Positions 9,113 to 18,889 of a stretch of DNA of 64,000 nucleotides are shown here, one piece after another; position 1 is the stretch's first letter, and each line of letters opens with the position of its first letter. This DNA is from Candidatus Omnitrophota bacterium. GTDB taxonomy: Bacteria > Omnitrophota > Gorgyraeia > Zapsychrales > JANLHA01. The stretch spans positions 12,484-76,483 of the forward strand of contig JBBRHV010000002.1 in the NCBI GenBank assembly GCA_038222225.1. The letters are read 5' to 3'. Position numbers and translations under genes: made by a program. The notes beneath the pieces are model-generated. The model saw only the letters and a list, made by a program, of their open reading frames with translations, searched no databases and had not been told where the DNA came from.

Positions 9113-10627
9113 TTAATCAATTTTTTTCTCAATTTCAATCCTCGGAAACAGCGCTTCATGAACCTTGAGCGGAGTTCCGGGTTTTAACCCTCCCCATGAA
9201 ACGCTCGCCTGTTCATCCCCCAAAACATCCAACACCTGTCTGGTCTTTTCCGGCATCACCGGACTTAAAAAAACGGCTGCGATGCGCAAGGCCTCGGTCG
9301 CGGCATAAAGGATCGTGCCTGTTCTTTCTAAATCGGTTTTAACAACTTTCCACGGCGCCTGTTTTTCAATATAGGCATTCACCATCCTGACCAACGCCAT
9401 CGTCTGCTCAATCGCGTCATGAATGCGCATCCCCCCGACCAAGGCCCCCGCTTTCTCCTCTAAGGCATTAGCCGTATCCACAATCGGTTGCTCTTCCTCC
9501 GTTATCGAAAGCGGATCGGGAACCTTTCCGTCGAAATATTTTCCGATCAAACCGCTCACGCGGTTGAGAAGATTACCGAAATCATTGGCCAAATCGCTGT
9601 TATAACGTTTCACGAACGATTCTACCGAGAAACTGGAATCCATCCCCAGCACCATTTCGCGCATCAGATAATAGCGCACCGCATCCACGCCGTATTCATC
9701 CACCAACCCTAACGGATCAACGATATTCCCCAAGGATTTGCTCATCTTGGTATCGCCGGTCAACCACCATCCGTGGGCAAAAATCATTTGCGGCAACTCA
9801 ACCCCAAGGGAGAACAGCATGGTCGTCCAATACACCGCGTGCGTCATCAAAATATCTTTCCCGATCAAATGTACCGAGATCGGCCACCATTCATTAAAAC
9901 GCTCTTCATCCGAGCCCCAGCCCATGGCAGAAATATAATTCATCAACGCGTCAAACCAGACATAGGTCACATACTCCTGATCGAACGGAAGCTCAATGCC
10001 CCAGCTCAACCGGGATTTGGGACGAGAAATGCACAGATCCCCCAAAGGCTGACGCAAGAATCCCAACATTTCATTGCGCCGGCTTTCCGGCTGAAGAAAT
10101 TTTGGATTCTGCTCAATATGGTCAATGAGCCGCTGCTGATATTTCCCCATACGGAAAAAATAATTTTTTTCTTTGAGCTTTTTGACATCACGGAACTGAC
10201 CGGACTGCATTTCAGTCTCAGTGATGAACCTCTCCTCTGCGACTGAATACCACCCCTCATATTCGTCCGCGTAAACATCGCCATTGTCATGAACGGTCTG
10301 CAAAGCCAGCTGAACGATTCTTTTGTGCCGGTCTTCGGTTGTCCGGATAAAGTCATCATACTGGATCTCAAGCTTCTCCCATAACATCTTAAACCGCGGA
10401 GCCATCTCATCGGCATGCTGCTGCGGATCAAGCCCGCGCTGTTCAGCGGCCTGCTGAACCTTCTGCCCATGTTCATCGACGCCGGTCAGAAAAAAAACGT
10501 TCTGTCCCTGCGTGCGGTGATACCGCGTTAAGACATCCGCTAAGATCGTTGTATACGCATGACCGATATGCGGTCTGTCATTCACATAATAAATCGGCGT
10601 GCTCACATAAAAATGGTTGTCCTGCAT
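9113..10627 (-). CDS. metG: Methionine--tRNA ligase (MetRS1, short form without C-terminal dimerisation domain)
   Basis: TPIYYVNDRPHIGH, DEHGQK, YVWFDAL, KMSKS. Confidence 0.97.
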   Translation of the reverse strand: MQDNHFYVSTPIYYVNDRPHIGHAYTTILADVLTRYHRTQGQNVFFLTGVDEHGQKVQQAAEQRGLDPQQHADEMAPRFKMLWEKLEIQYDDFIRTTEDRHKRIVQLALQTVHDNGDVYADEYEGWYSVAEERFITETEMQSGQFRDVKKLKEKNYFFRMGKYQQRLIDHIEQNPKFLQPESRRNEMLGFLRQPLGDLCISRPKSRLSWGIELPFDQEYVTYVWFDALMNYISAMGWGSDEERFNEWWPISVHLIGKDILMTHAVYWTTMLFSLGVELPQMIFAHGWWLTGDTKMSKSLGNIVDPLGLVDEYGVDAVRYYLMREMVLGMDSSFSVESFVKRYNSDLANDFGNLLNRVSGLIGKYFDGKVPDPLSITEEEQPIVDTANALEEKAGALVGGMRIHDAIEQTMALVRMVNAYIEKQAPWKVVKTDLERTGTILYAATEALRIAAVFLSPVMPEKTRQVLDVLGDEQASVSWGGLKPGTPLKVHEALFPRIEIEKKID

Positions 10628-10630
10628 GTT

Positions 10631-11500
10631 CTAACCCTCTTCTCCATTGAGCGCAATATCTTCATCATGCTCAATGATCTCTTGATCAGATATCTCCTGA
10701 ACCTCTCCCTCAGCCAGCGGGTACTCGATCTTAATAGTCTTCCCTTCAACCAAATCGATCAGAGCAAAACGCTTCAGAATGTTCACATCGCGAACCCGCC
10801 CCCGCCCGTCCGGTGTTGTCACCTTGTCCCCGACGCGCGGCAGACCTTTGGAGAGCTCACGATAGACTTTATATTCATACGCCATACAGCATTTAATGCG
10901 CCCGCAAACCCCGGAAATACGTGCCGGATTCAAAGGCAGGGCCTGATCCTTTGCCATCTTGATCGATAAAGGGAAAAATTTCTTGATGTAACACGAACAG
11001 CATAATTCGCAGCCGCAGACACCGAATCCTTTCACTATTTTCGCCTTATCCCGCACCGGGATCTGCCGCAATTCAATACGAACGCGGAAAATTTTTGCCA
11101 GATCCTTCACCAGGGCGCGGAAATCCACTCGCTGATCCGCCGTAAAATAAAAAATGATCTTGCTGCAGTCAAACGTGTACTCCGCTTTAAAGATCCGCAT
11201 CTCGAGTTTTCGCTCATTGACCTTGCGGATACAGGCACTGATCGCATCCTTGGCCTTGCTTAAATTATTGCTGATCTGATTACGGTCCCCTTCAGTAATT
11301 TTACGCAGAATCTTTCCCACGGGTTTGTCGCCTTCCTCCAGATGCTCCTCGTGTTCCGGATGAGAAACCACACGGCCGAATTCTGTTCCCCGATCAACTT
11401 CTAAAATGACATACTCATCCCGAAGGCATTCCACGTCATTCAGATCAAAATACTCCACCGGCCGAAAATGGCCCAGCTGAACCTGTATTAATTTCCCCAT
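10631..11500 (-). CDS. ricT: PSP1/YaaT (RicT) family protein
   Basis: FYFTADQRVDFRALVKDLA, RIELRQI, GVCGCELCC, SGVCGRIKCC; holB-yaaT-metG synteny. Confidence 0.92.
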   Translation of the reverse strand: MGKLIQVQLGHFRPVEYFDLNDVECLRDEYVILEVDRGTEFGRVVSHPEHEEHLEEGDKPVGKILRKITEGDRNQISNNLSKAKDAISACIRKVNERKLEMRIFKAEYTFDCSKIIFYFTADQRVDFRALVKDLAKIFRVRIELRQIPVRDKAKIVKGFGVCGCELCCSCYIKKFFPLSIKMAKDQALPLNPARISGVCGRIKCCMAYEYKVYRELSKGLPRVGDKVTTPDGRGRVRDVNILKRFALIDLVEGKTIKIEYPLAEGEVQEISDQEIIEHDEDIALNGEEG

Positions 11501-12438
11501 AATTGCTCCTTTAACAACATCAAAGGGATCTTCACATTAAAATTGTCATCCACCATTTTTCGCGTCCGAACAATCGTCTGAAGAATCTCCTTAAGATGTT
11601 CATCTGTATAATGCGCTGCATACCGCTTAAGATCGCTCAACCGGTCAGCATGCACCATGCGTTCTTCGCCGGCGCCAGCTTTTAAAAGAAAAATATCCCT
11701 GCACCAACTCATTAAAATACTTAAGACGTCCTTCCCCTCCTGCGTATCCGACGCCAAAGTCTTTAAATCCGCATCTGTTATCGTTCCTTGAAGGAACTGA
11801 TCAATCGCTGCGTTTTTCGTTTTTAAAAACTCTTTATTCCATAAATCATACGCCTTGCCCCGACATCCTTCTGAAAACCGGGACAAGCACTGTGCCTGCT
11901 CCTTGGATAACCCTTCCCGCATCATGATCTCAGCCAAGGCATTGCTGGATAACGCGAAAAAGGCAACCGTCTGACACCTTGACCGTATGGTTGGCAAAAT
12001 ACGCTCAATGACTGACGATGTCAAAATCAGCAAACTGTCTTTGCTCGGTTCTTCTAGCGTCTTCAATAACGCGTTGGCCGCCTCAACCGTCAGCGTTTCC
12101 GCATCCTTTAAAATAAAAATCTTGTACTGCGCTTCAAACGCCCTCAACTGAATCCGGCTGATGAGAGCCCGGATCGGCTCAATTTTAATCGAAGCGTCTT
12201 CTCCCCGCTCTAAAACCATCACATCCGGATGATTGCCCTTCGTGATCTTCACACAGGCCGGGCACTGACCGCAAAAACCGTCTTCCGGAATATCCGGACC
12301 TTGACAATTCAGCATCTTGGCAATGGCTAACGCCGTCTCAACCTTTTGAGAACCCTTCGGTCCAACAAAAAGATACGCATGCGCCAACCGGTCTTGACCG
12401 CGCATCTCCTTAAACCGCTTTAAAATCGACTGCTCCAT
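11488..12438 (-). CDS. holB: DNA polymerase III subunit delta'
   Basis: AHAYLFVGP, CGQCPAC, HPD, AANALLKTLEEP, LPTIRSRC. Start moved to MEQSIL. Confidence 0.95.
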   Translation of the reverse strand: MEQSILKRFKEMRGQDRLAHAYLFVGPKGSQKVETALAIAKMLNCQGPDIPEDGFCGQCPACVKITKGNHPDVMVLERGEDASIKIEPIRALISRIQLRAFEAQYKIFILKDAETLTVEAANALLKTLEEPSKDSLLILTSSVIERILPTIRSRCQTVAFFALSSNALAEIMMREGLSKEQAQCLSRFSEGCRGKAYDLWNKEFLKTKNAAIDQFLQGTITDADLKTLASDTQEGKDVLSILMSWCRDIFLLKAGAGEERMVHADRLSDLKRYAAHYTDEHLKEILQTIVRTRKMVDDNFNVKIPLMLLKEQLWGN

Positions 12439-12452
12439 ACACCGCCTGTTGC

Positions 12453-13073
12453 TTACCGTTGAACGAGACATTGTTCGATATGCGTCTTAACCTCTTCAAA
12501 AATATCCTCTTTACTACGGTTCACCCGGATAATCCGAAAGCGTTCCGGATGTTCTTGCGCCAATTGCAGATAACCGGCTCGTACGCGCCGATGATATTCT
12601 AAAGAGCGCTGTTCAATGCGATCCTTGTTCTGCCCGGCCCTGGAAAGACCTTCTTCCGTATCAATATCAAATAATAATGTCAAATCCGGAACAAGTCCTT
12701 GTGTTGAGAACTCGCCGATGTTCTTAATGATATTTAAATCCATTCCATGTCCGTAGCCTTGATAGACCAGCGTTGAATCCAGAAAACGGTCGCACAGAAC
12801 AATTTTTCCCGAAGCTAACGCCGGCCGAATGACTTCACCGACCAATTGCGCGCGTGCAGCCATATACAAAAGCACTTCGCATTCATTGTTCATTTCAACA
12901 TTCTTGACATCCAAGAGCAGGTTGCGGATCGCCTCGCTGATCTTAACCCCGCCGGGCTCACGAATGAGCAGCAGGTCATGGCCCTTACTTTTTAAATATT
13001 TCTCAATCAAAGCGATTTGAGTGCTCTTCCCCGACCCCTCAGAGCCCTCAAACGTCATAAAAATGCCCCTCAT
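12453..13073 (-). CDS. tmk: Thymidylate kinase
   Basis: FEGSEGSGKSTQ, REPGG, CDRFLDSTLVYQG; GGAGG SD before ATG at 13073. Confidence 0.97.
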   Translation of the reverse strand: MRGIFMTFEGSEGSGKSTQIALIEKYLKSKGHDLLLIREPGGVKISEAIRNLLLDVKNVEMNNECEVLLYMAARAQLVGEVIRPALASGKIVLCDRFLDSTLVYQGYGHGMDLNIIKNIGEFSTQGLVPDLTLLFDIDTEEGLSRAGQNKDRIEQRSLEYHRRVRAGYLQLAQEHPERFRIIRVNRSKEDIFEEVKTHIEQCLVQR

Positions 13074-14485
13074 AACCGCCTCCAACTTTGTCCGTCTTTG
13101 GTGTCCTTCACCAAAATCCCGCGCGCTTCAAGCTCGCCGCGCAGACGATCCGATTCCGAAAAATTTTTCTCTTTCCTGGCCTGGGCCCGCTTCTCCAAAA
13201 GATCCAGGATGTCCCGGGAAACGTCCGTGTTCGCCTCTACCGAAAGCTCCAGATTAAAAATCTCTTTAAAATACGTTTCGATCAGGCTCAACGCTCCGGC
13301 GACAATAGAAGAAAAAGATCCCAGATCGCCTTTTTGATCAATAAATTTATTCACATCGTTCATGAACTCAAACAGAACGCCCAACGCTTTAGCGGTATTG
13401 AAATCGTCATCCATAGCTTCCAAAAATTCCGCCGCGCGGTCCTCCACCCATTTACAGGAAACCGCTTCAGCCCCGGCCGCCGCTTGTACAGCGCGATCCA
13501 AAAAATTTAAAAAATGCTGCCGCTGTTTCGCAACATCCGCCATTTTGTCTTCTGAAAAATCAATCACACTCCCATAATGCGAAGAAAGAAAGAATATCTT
13601 AAGCTGATCAGCGCCATACTTTCCGATGGCATCTTCAATAGTGATAAAATTCCCCAGCGACTTTGACATCTTCTGACGGTTAATTGTTAGAAGACCGTGA
13701 TGGATCCAATACTTGGCAAACGGCTCTCCGGTAAACCCTTCGGACTGAGCGATCTCATTTTCATGATGCGGAAAAACCAAGTCCCTGCCTCCGCCGTGGA
13801 TATCCAATGTTTGGCAGCTTAAGTGTTTAAGACTCATGCAGGAACATTCGATATGCCAGCCCGGACGCCCTGCCCCCCACGGGCTTTTCCATGAGGGCTC
13901 GCCTTCTTTCGAGCTCTTCCAGAGCGCAAAGTCCAACGGATCGCGCTTCTTGTCATCTTTTTCAATACGGACGGCTTCCTGCATCATCTCAATGCCCTGC
14001 CCTGAAAGCTTGCCGTAATCCTCAAAATCGCGGACACAGAAATACACATCTCCATCCACTTCATAGGCCAACCCTTTGATGATCAGCCCTTCAATAAATT
14101 TGATCATCTCGGCAATATTCTCCGGATCGGTGGCCTTCGGCTCATGCTGAGCGGGCATCACGCCCAAACGTTTAAGGTCCTCCTGATAACCGGAAATATT
14201 GGTCTCTGCGACCTCATTGGCCGAAACCTTCAGTTCCTGGGCCCTCTTAATGATCTTGTCATCAATATCGGTGATATTACGGACAAAATGAACATCAAAA
14301 CCCCGAAAGTCAAGATACCGGCGGATCACATCAAAAACATAAAGACTGCGAGCGTGACCGATATGACATTTATCATAAACCGTGACCCCGCAGGTATACA
14401 TATTGACCCGTTTCCCGTCAGGATCTAAAGGCAAAAAAAGTTCTTTTTGTTTTGTCAGGGTATTATAAATATGAACTGCCACCAT
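13070..14485 (-). CDS. cysS: Cysteine--tRNA ligase
   Basis: CGVTVYD, HIGH, GRPGWHIECS, FPHHENE, KMSKS. Confidence 0.98.
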   Translation of the reverse strand: MVAVHIYNTLTKQKELFLPLDPDGKRVNMYTCGVTVYDKCHIGHARSLYVFDVIRRYLDFRGFDVHFVRNITDIDDKIIKRAQELKVSANEVAETNISGYQEDLKRLGVMPAQHEPKATDPENIAEMIKFIEGLIIKGLAYEVDGDVYFCVRDFEDYGKLSGQGIEMMQEAVRIEKDDKKRDPLDFALWKSSKEGEPSWKSPWGAGRPGWHIECSCMSLKHLSCQTLDIHGGGRDLVFPHHENEIAQSEGFTGEPFAKYWIHHGLLTINRQKMSKSLGNFITIEDAIGKYGADQLKIFFLSSHYGSVIDFSEDKMADVAKQRQHFLNFLDRAVQAAAGAEAVSCKWVEDRAAEFLEAMDDDFNTAKALGVLFEFMNDVNKFIDQKGDLGSFSSIVAGALSLIETYFKEIFNLELSVEANTDVSRDILDLLEKRAQARKEKNFSESDRLRGELEARGILVKDTKDGQSWRRL

Positions 14486-14491
14486 CTACTC

Positions 14492-15211
14492 CTATGACAA
14501 ATCCTGCGGCTCCTCGAAATCCTCATTCTGAGCCGATGATTGTCCTTTGCCTTCCAGTTTGGTGATCCGCAAATGCAGATCTCTTAAATTCTGTGAAACC
14601 GGGTCCAATACATGACCATGATCCATCAAAATATCGATCTTTCGGCCTTCCTGCCGGGTCACGCGGCCCGGAACGCCGACGACCGTTGTATTCGATGGGA
14701 CATTCTTGAGTACAACCGCATTGGCGCCGATATATGAATTCGGCCCGATCTCAATATTCCCTAAGATCTTTGCTCCGGCGCCAACAACAATATTATTTCC
14801 GAGAGTCGGATGACGTTTTCCGGTTTCCTTACCCGTTCCGCCTAAAGTAACACCCTGAAACAAAACCACATCATTGCCCACGATGGCCGTTTCTCCGATC
14901 ACAACACCCATTCCATGGTCAATAAACAATCCATTCCCGATCTGTGCGCCCGGATGAATTTCAATCCCGGTAAAAAACCGCGCCATCTGTGAAATGAAAC
15001 GCGGAAAGAACGGCACATTGCGTTTCCACAAAAAATTTGCCAAACGGTACAAAATCACAGCATGCAGACCAGGATACAGCAAAAGAATTTCCGCTGTGCT
15101 CTTGGCCGCTGGGTCTCGGTCTTTTGTCGTCTGAATCTCGGCCGCAAAAGCCTTCGAGATCCACCACACCAGCCCCCCCGCCACAACCAGAAAAAAAATG
15201 GTCATCCCCAT
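14492..15211 (-). CDS. cysE: Serine O-acetyltransferase with an N-terminal transmembrane segment
   Basis: [45 protein letters not shown]; hydrophobic N-terminus [15 protein letters not shown]. Confidence 0.95.
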   Translation of the reverse strand: MGMTIFFLVVAGGLVWWISKAFAAEIQTTKDRDPAAKSTAEILLLYPGLHAVILYRLANFLWKRNVPFFPRFISQMARFFTGIEIHPGAQIGNGLFIDHGMGVVIGETAIVGNDVVLFQGVTLGGTGKETGKRHPTLGNNIVVGAGAKILGNIEIGPNSYIGANAVVLKNVPSNTTVVGVPGRVTRQEGRKIDILMDHGHVLDPVSQNLRDLHLRITKLEGKGQSSAQNEDFEEPQDLS

Positions 15212-15240
15212 AACCCACCTCTTTCAACATACCGCTGTTG

Positions 15241-15306
15241 TTATTTCTTATTCATAACAAATACAATGATCAAAACAACTCCAACCAGTAACCATAATGC
15301 CAGCAT
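15241..15306 (-). CDS. Small single-TM protein (21 aa, MLALWLLVGVVLIIVFVMNKK)
   Basis: Fills the ispF-cysE gap; SD-like GAGAGGGA upstream of ATG at 15306; hydrophobic core followed by KK. Confidence 0.55.
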   Translation of the reverse strand: MLALWLLVGVVLIIVFVMNKK

Positions 15307-15330
15307 ACACCGATCCCTCTCTTGCGCCGC

Positions 15331-15816
15331 TCAAGCACCTCGTTCGTTCAGCAGCGCGGTCGCATAACACGCAATTCCTTCTCGCCGACCTATAAACCCC
15401 AAGCCTTCCGACGTTGTAGCTTTAATATTGGCAAAACGCGTATCAATATCCAGAACCTTTGAAATGTTCTCCACCATATTCGCCTTAAAATGTTTCAAAT
15501 TCGGTTCTTCCGCCAGAATCACCACATCCACGTTGCCGATCACAAATTTCTCTTTCTTCACCTGCCCCATCACAAGCTTAAGAAGTTCTAAACTGGAAAT
15601 ATCTTTATACTTCGGATCCGTATTCGGAAAATGCTCGCCGATGTCTCCTTTACCCAACGCGCCCAAAATCGCGTCGCACACCGCATGCAGCACGACATCC
15701 GCGTCCGAATGCCCCTCCAGGCCGAATTCATAAGGAACCTGAACCCCTCCCAAAAAAAGACGCCGGCCTTTGGTGAATTTATGCACATCATATCCGATTC
15801 CGACCCGTGCTGACAT
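15331..15816 (-). CDS. ispF: 2-C-methyl-D-erythritol 2,4-cyclodiphosphate synthase
   Basis: RVGIGYDVH, GHSDADVVLHA, GDIGEHFP, KATTSEGLG; AAGGAG SD. Confidence 0.97.
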   Translation of the reverse strand: MSARVGIGYDVHKFTKGRRLFLGGVQVPYEFGLEGHSDADVVLHAVCDAILGALGKGDIGEHFPNTDPKYKDISSLELLKLVMGQVKKEKFVIGNVDVVILAEEPNLKHFKANMVENISKVLDIDTRFANIKATTSEGLGFIGRREGIACYATALLNERGA

Positions 15817-15818
15817 TT

Positions 15819-16502
15819 CTATTCTCCTTGAGACAAAAGCTGTTGGGCAAAGACCATGTCTTCGCATGTTGTGATCTTAATATTCCGATACGAGCCCTCA
15901 ACAATTTTAACCGCGGCTCCCAACTCTTCCACCATCGCAGCATCATCGGTGACATTCTCAGAACGGCATTGACGATGCGCCTGTTCAATGATCTTCCGCT
16001 GAAAGACTTGCGGCGTCTGAACATCCCAAAGCTGCTGACGGTTCAATGTGGCCGTGACCAGCATCGTTTGCTCATCGACTTGCTTAATGGTCGGCTTGAC
16101 CTTAACGGCCAAAATAGCGGCCGGCTGTCTCTTCGCTTCATCCACGACCCGATCAACCGCATCAACGCTCACCAAAGGACGCGCCCCGTCATGAATAGCG
16201 ACAATCTGCGTATCTTCATCCAAGGCCTTCAGCCCGCACTCCACTGATTCTCTGCGGCTCTTCCCTCCGGGCACCACCGCTTTGATTTTCTGACAGCCAT
16301 GCTCTTCTATCAGCGCTTTCATCCGCTCTAAAAATTGCGGATGCGCCACCACAACCAAACTCTCCAATTGCTGGCAATGAGCCAGAGTACGCAACGAATA
16401 CACGATCATCGGTTGCCCATTCAAAAGAACAAACGGCTTAGGAAGATCGCTTTTAAAACGAAGCCCCTCACCCGCCGCAACCACAATGCCCTGTGCTTTC
16501 AT
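15819..16502 (-). CDS. ispD: 2-C-methyl-D-erythritol 4-phosphate cytidylyltransferase
   Basis: AAGEGLRF, IHDGARP, QTPQVF, TDDA, NIKITT. Confidence 0.97.
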   Translation of the reverse strand: MKAQGIVVAAGEGLRFKSDLPKPFVLLNGQPMIVYSLRTLAHCQQLESLVVVAHPQFLERMKALIEEHGCQKIKAVVPGGKSRRESVECGLKALDEDTQIVAIHDGARPLVSVDAVDRVVDEAKRQPAAILAVKVKPTIKQVDEQTMLVTATLNRQQLWDVQTPQVFQRKIIEQAHRQCRSENVTDDAAMVEELGAAVKIVEGSYRNIKITTCEDMVFAQQLLSQGE

Positions 16503-16506
16503 ATCC

Positions 16507-17487
16507 TCATCCCTTTAGATCCGCAAAAGCCATTCGGCCGCTCTGTGTCTGCAGCACAGACTTGATTTCAACGCTGACATCCTGACCGACTCGCCCAGCC
16601 GCTGCAGCCACCACCACCATAGAACCGTCATCACTATACCCAATGGCCTGCCCCTGTTCTTTGCCTTCTTTCAGCAAATGGATCCGCAGAATATCTCCTG
16701 CCGCAAACATCGAACGTAAGGCCGCGGCCAATTCATGAATATTTAAAACTTTAATACCCTGAACATCCGCAACAGACCCCAAATTATAATCCGTTGTGCA
16801 AATATCAGCCCCCAACACTTTTGCCATCCGGATCAATTTTGAGTCAACCCCGCTGCCCAACGGCATATCCTCCTCATGAATATGCACCATCAGGCTCTGA
16901 GCCTCCTTCATCCGGCGGATAATATTTAAGCCCCGATGGCCACGCTGACGTTTGATATCCTCTTTGGAATCCACCAACGCCTGCAGTTCATCCAGAACAA
17001 AACGCGGGATCACCAGACGTCGCTCAAAAAAACTTGTCAATGAAATGTCCAGAATGCGCCCGTCAATCACTGCGCTGGTGTCCAAAAGGACCGGCCGATC
17101 ATCAATATCCTGACGTTTAAAACGAACATAGGGAATAATCAAATTAAACTCGTCTTTTCCTCTCAACGCCATCACAGCGCCGAGATAAGAAAAAACAATG
17201 GTCAGCGTAAGCCGGGCCACTGACTGAACAGAAATCGACAAAGGCAGCAATACCAGCACATCTGAAAGAAGTTTGGCCATAAAAAGCCCCAAAAGCAATC
17301 CGAAAACCATGCTGGAAAGTCCGCGGACAGAAACCGATCTGGCATTGCGCTCCACAAGAAAACCAATCAATGCCACTGCGGCTCCGATCCCCCGACCCAA
17401 AAACGGCTCTTCTTAAATTGACCCCACATAATACCCGACAAAAATTGAGATCACAAAGAAAAACGCCCGGATAAAAAATAAAGTCAT
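16507..17487 (-). CDS. Membrane PIN/TRAM domain protein (YacL-like), interrupted by an in-frame TAA at 17413..17415
   Basis: LLDTSAVIDGRI, VLDELQ, KRQRG, TTDYNL, C-terminal TRAM (GKEQGQAIGY...SVLQTQSGRM). The upstream in-frame segment MTLFFIRAFF... begins at an ATG with an AAGGA SD. Confidence 0.88.
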
Positions 17488-17508
17488 GCCATCTTCCTTT
17501 GTCTGAAC

Positions 17509-18885
17509 TTATACGGAGCCGGAAAAAATATCAAGGGCTTCCCGTACGGTTGTGACAGCGATCAATTCAATGTCTACGCCATCAAAAGTTTTTCGTTTTG
17601 CCAAATTGTGTTTCGGAACAATGGCCCGTCTAAATCCAAGCTTTGCGGCTTCGTTCAGCCGAAGCGGCAACTGGATCACGCTGCGCACTTCAGCGGAAAG
17701 CCCCACCTCACCCAAAAAAACAATATCTTGCGGAATGACCCGATCTAAAAATGCCGAGGCGACCGCAACCACAACGCCCAAATCCGCCGCCGGATCCGCG
17801 ACTCTCACGCCTCCCACAATATTCACAAAAATATCTTTATCCTGAATATTCAAATCCAGCCGTTTTTCAAGCACAGCGGTCAATAGCGCCAAACGGTTGG
17901 CATCAAATCCTTGCGCCTTTTGGCGGATAACACCAAAACTGGAACGGCTCACCAATCCCTGGATCTCAACCAAAAACGGACGGCTCCCTTCCAGAATAGG
18001 AACCACCACCGATCCTGAGGTGTGCTGCGGCCGTTCCGCCAAAAAAATTTCAGAAGGATTCTCGACTTCAAGCAGCCCCTGACCCGTCATCTCAAAAACC
18101 CCAAGTTCATTGGTTGACCCAAAGCGGTTTTTCATACTGCGGATTAGCCGATAAGCCGTATATCGTTCTCCCTCAAAATACAAAACCGTATCAACAATAT
18201 GTTCCAAAACCCGCGGACCGGCAATCGCCCCATCTTTCGTCACATGCCCGATAATAAATAACGCGATACCCAATGACTTGGCCAATTGCGTTAAAACCGC
18301 CGCGCATTCCCGGACCTGACTGACACTGCCCGGGCTTGAAGGAACATCCGGATGATAAACAACCTGAATGGAATCAATGACCACCACATCCGGTTTTAAA
18401 TTCTGAATGTGCTGCTGAATCGTAGCTAAATCCACCTGATTGACAATGAACAGGCCCCTACAATCAGAAGCGCCTAACCGTTCAGCCCGTATACGTGTCT
18501 GCTGAGTCGACTCCTCACCGCTGACATACAGAACTTTCTTGCCTTGCGCCACGATCCCTGCCATCGCCTGCAGCATCAGCGTTGATTTTCCAATGCCCGG
18601 GTCTCCCCCCAAAAGGGTTACCGATCCCGCCACTAAACCGCCCCCCAAAACACGATCCAATTCCGGCATGCCGATCGTCAACCGATGTTCCTTCTTGAAT
18701 TCCAATTCATGAAGCTGAATCGGGCGGTCATCCAAAAGAACCCCGCTGCGCGGAGCCTTCGGCTTGACGGCAACCGATTCTTCGACGTATGAATTCCAGC
18801 TCTCACAACTCGGACAACGTCCGACCCAACGGGTGGACTGCATTCCGCAACTTTGACAGACATAAATATTTTTGACTTTTGACAT
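17509..18885 (-). CDS. radA: DNA repair protein RadA/Sms
   Basis: C4 zinc finger, GGDPGIGKSTL, KNRFG, Lon-like C-terminus. Start moved to MSKVK. Confidence 0.97.
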   Translation of the reverse strand: MSKVKNIYVCQSCGMQSTRWVGRCPSCESWNSYVEESVAVKPKAPRSGVLLDDRPIQLHELEFKKEHRLTIGMPELDRVLGGGLVAGSVTLLGGDPGIGKSTLMLQAMAGIVAQGKKVLYVSGEESTQQTRIRAERLGASDCRGLFIVNQVDLATIQQHIQNLKPDVVVIDSIQVVYHPDVPSSPGSVSQVRECAAVLTQLAKSLGIALFIIGHVTKDGAIAGPRVLEHIVDTVLYFEGERYTAYRLIRSMKNRFGSTNELGVFEMTGQGLLEVENPSEIFLAERPQHTSGSVVVPILEGSRPFLVEIQGLVSRSSFGVIRQKAQGFDANRLALLTAVLEKRLDLNIQDKDIFVNIVGGVRVADPAADLGVVVAVASAFLDRVIPQDIVFLGEVGLSAEVRSVIQLPLRLNEAAKLGFRRAIVPKHNLAKRKTFDGVDIELIAVTTVREALDIFSGSV

Positions 18886-18889
18886 CCCC

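Noticed and set aside
18870-18885. GTCAAAAGTCAAA resembling a CtsR box
   Set aside because: The repeat spacing is too short, it lies in radA codons (MSKVK), and there is no ctsR in the window.
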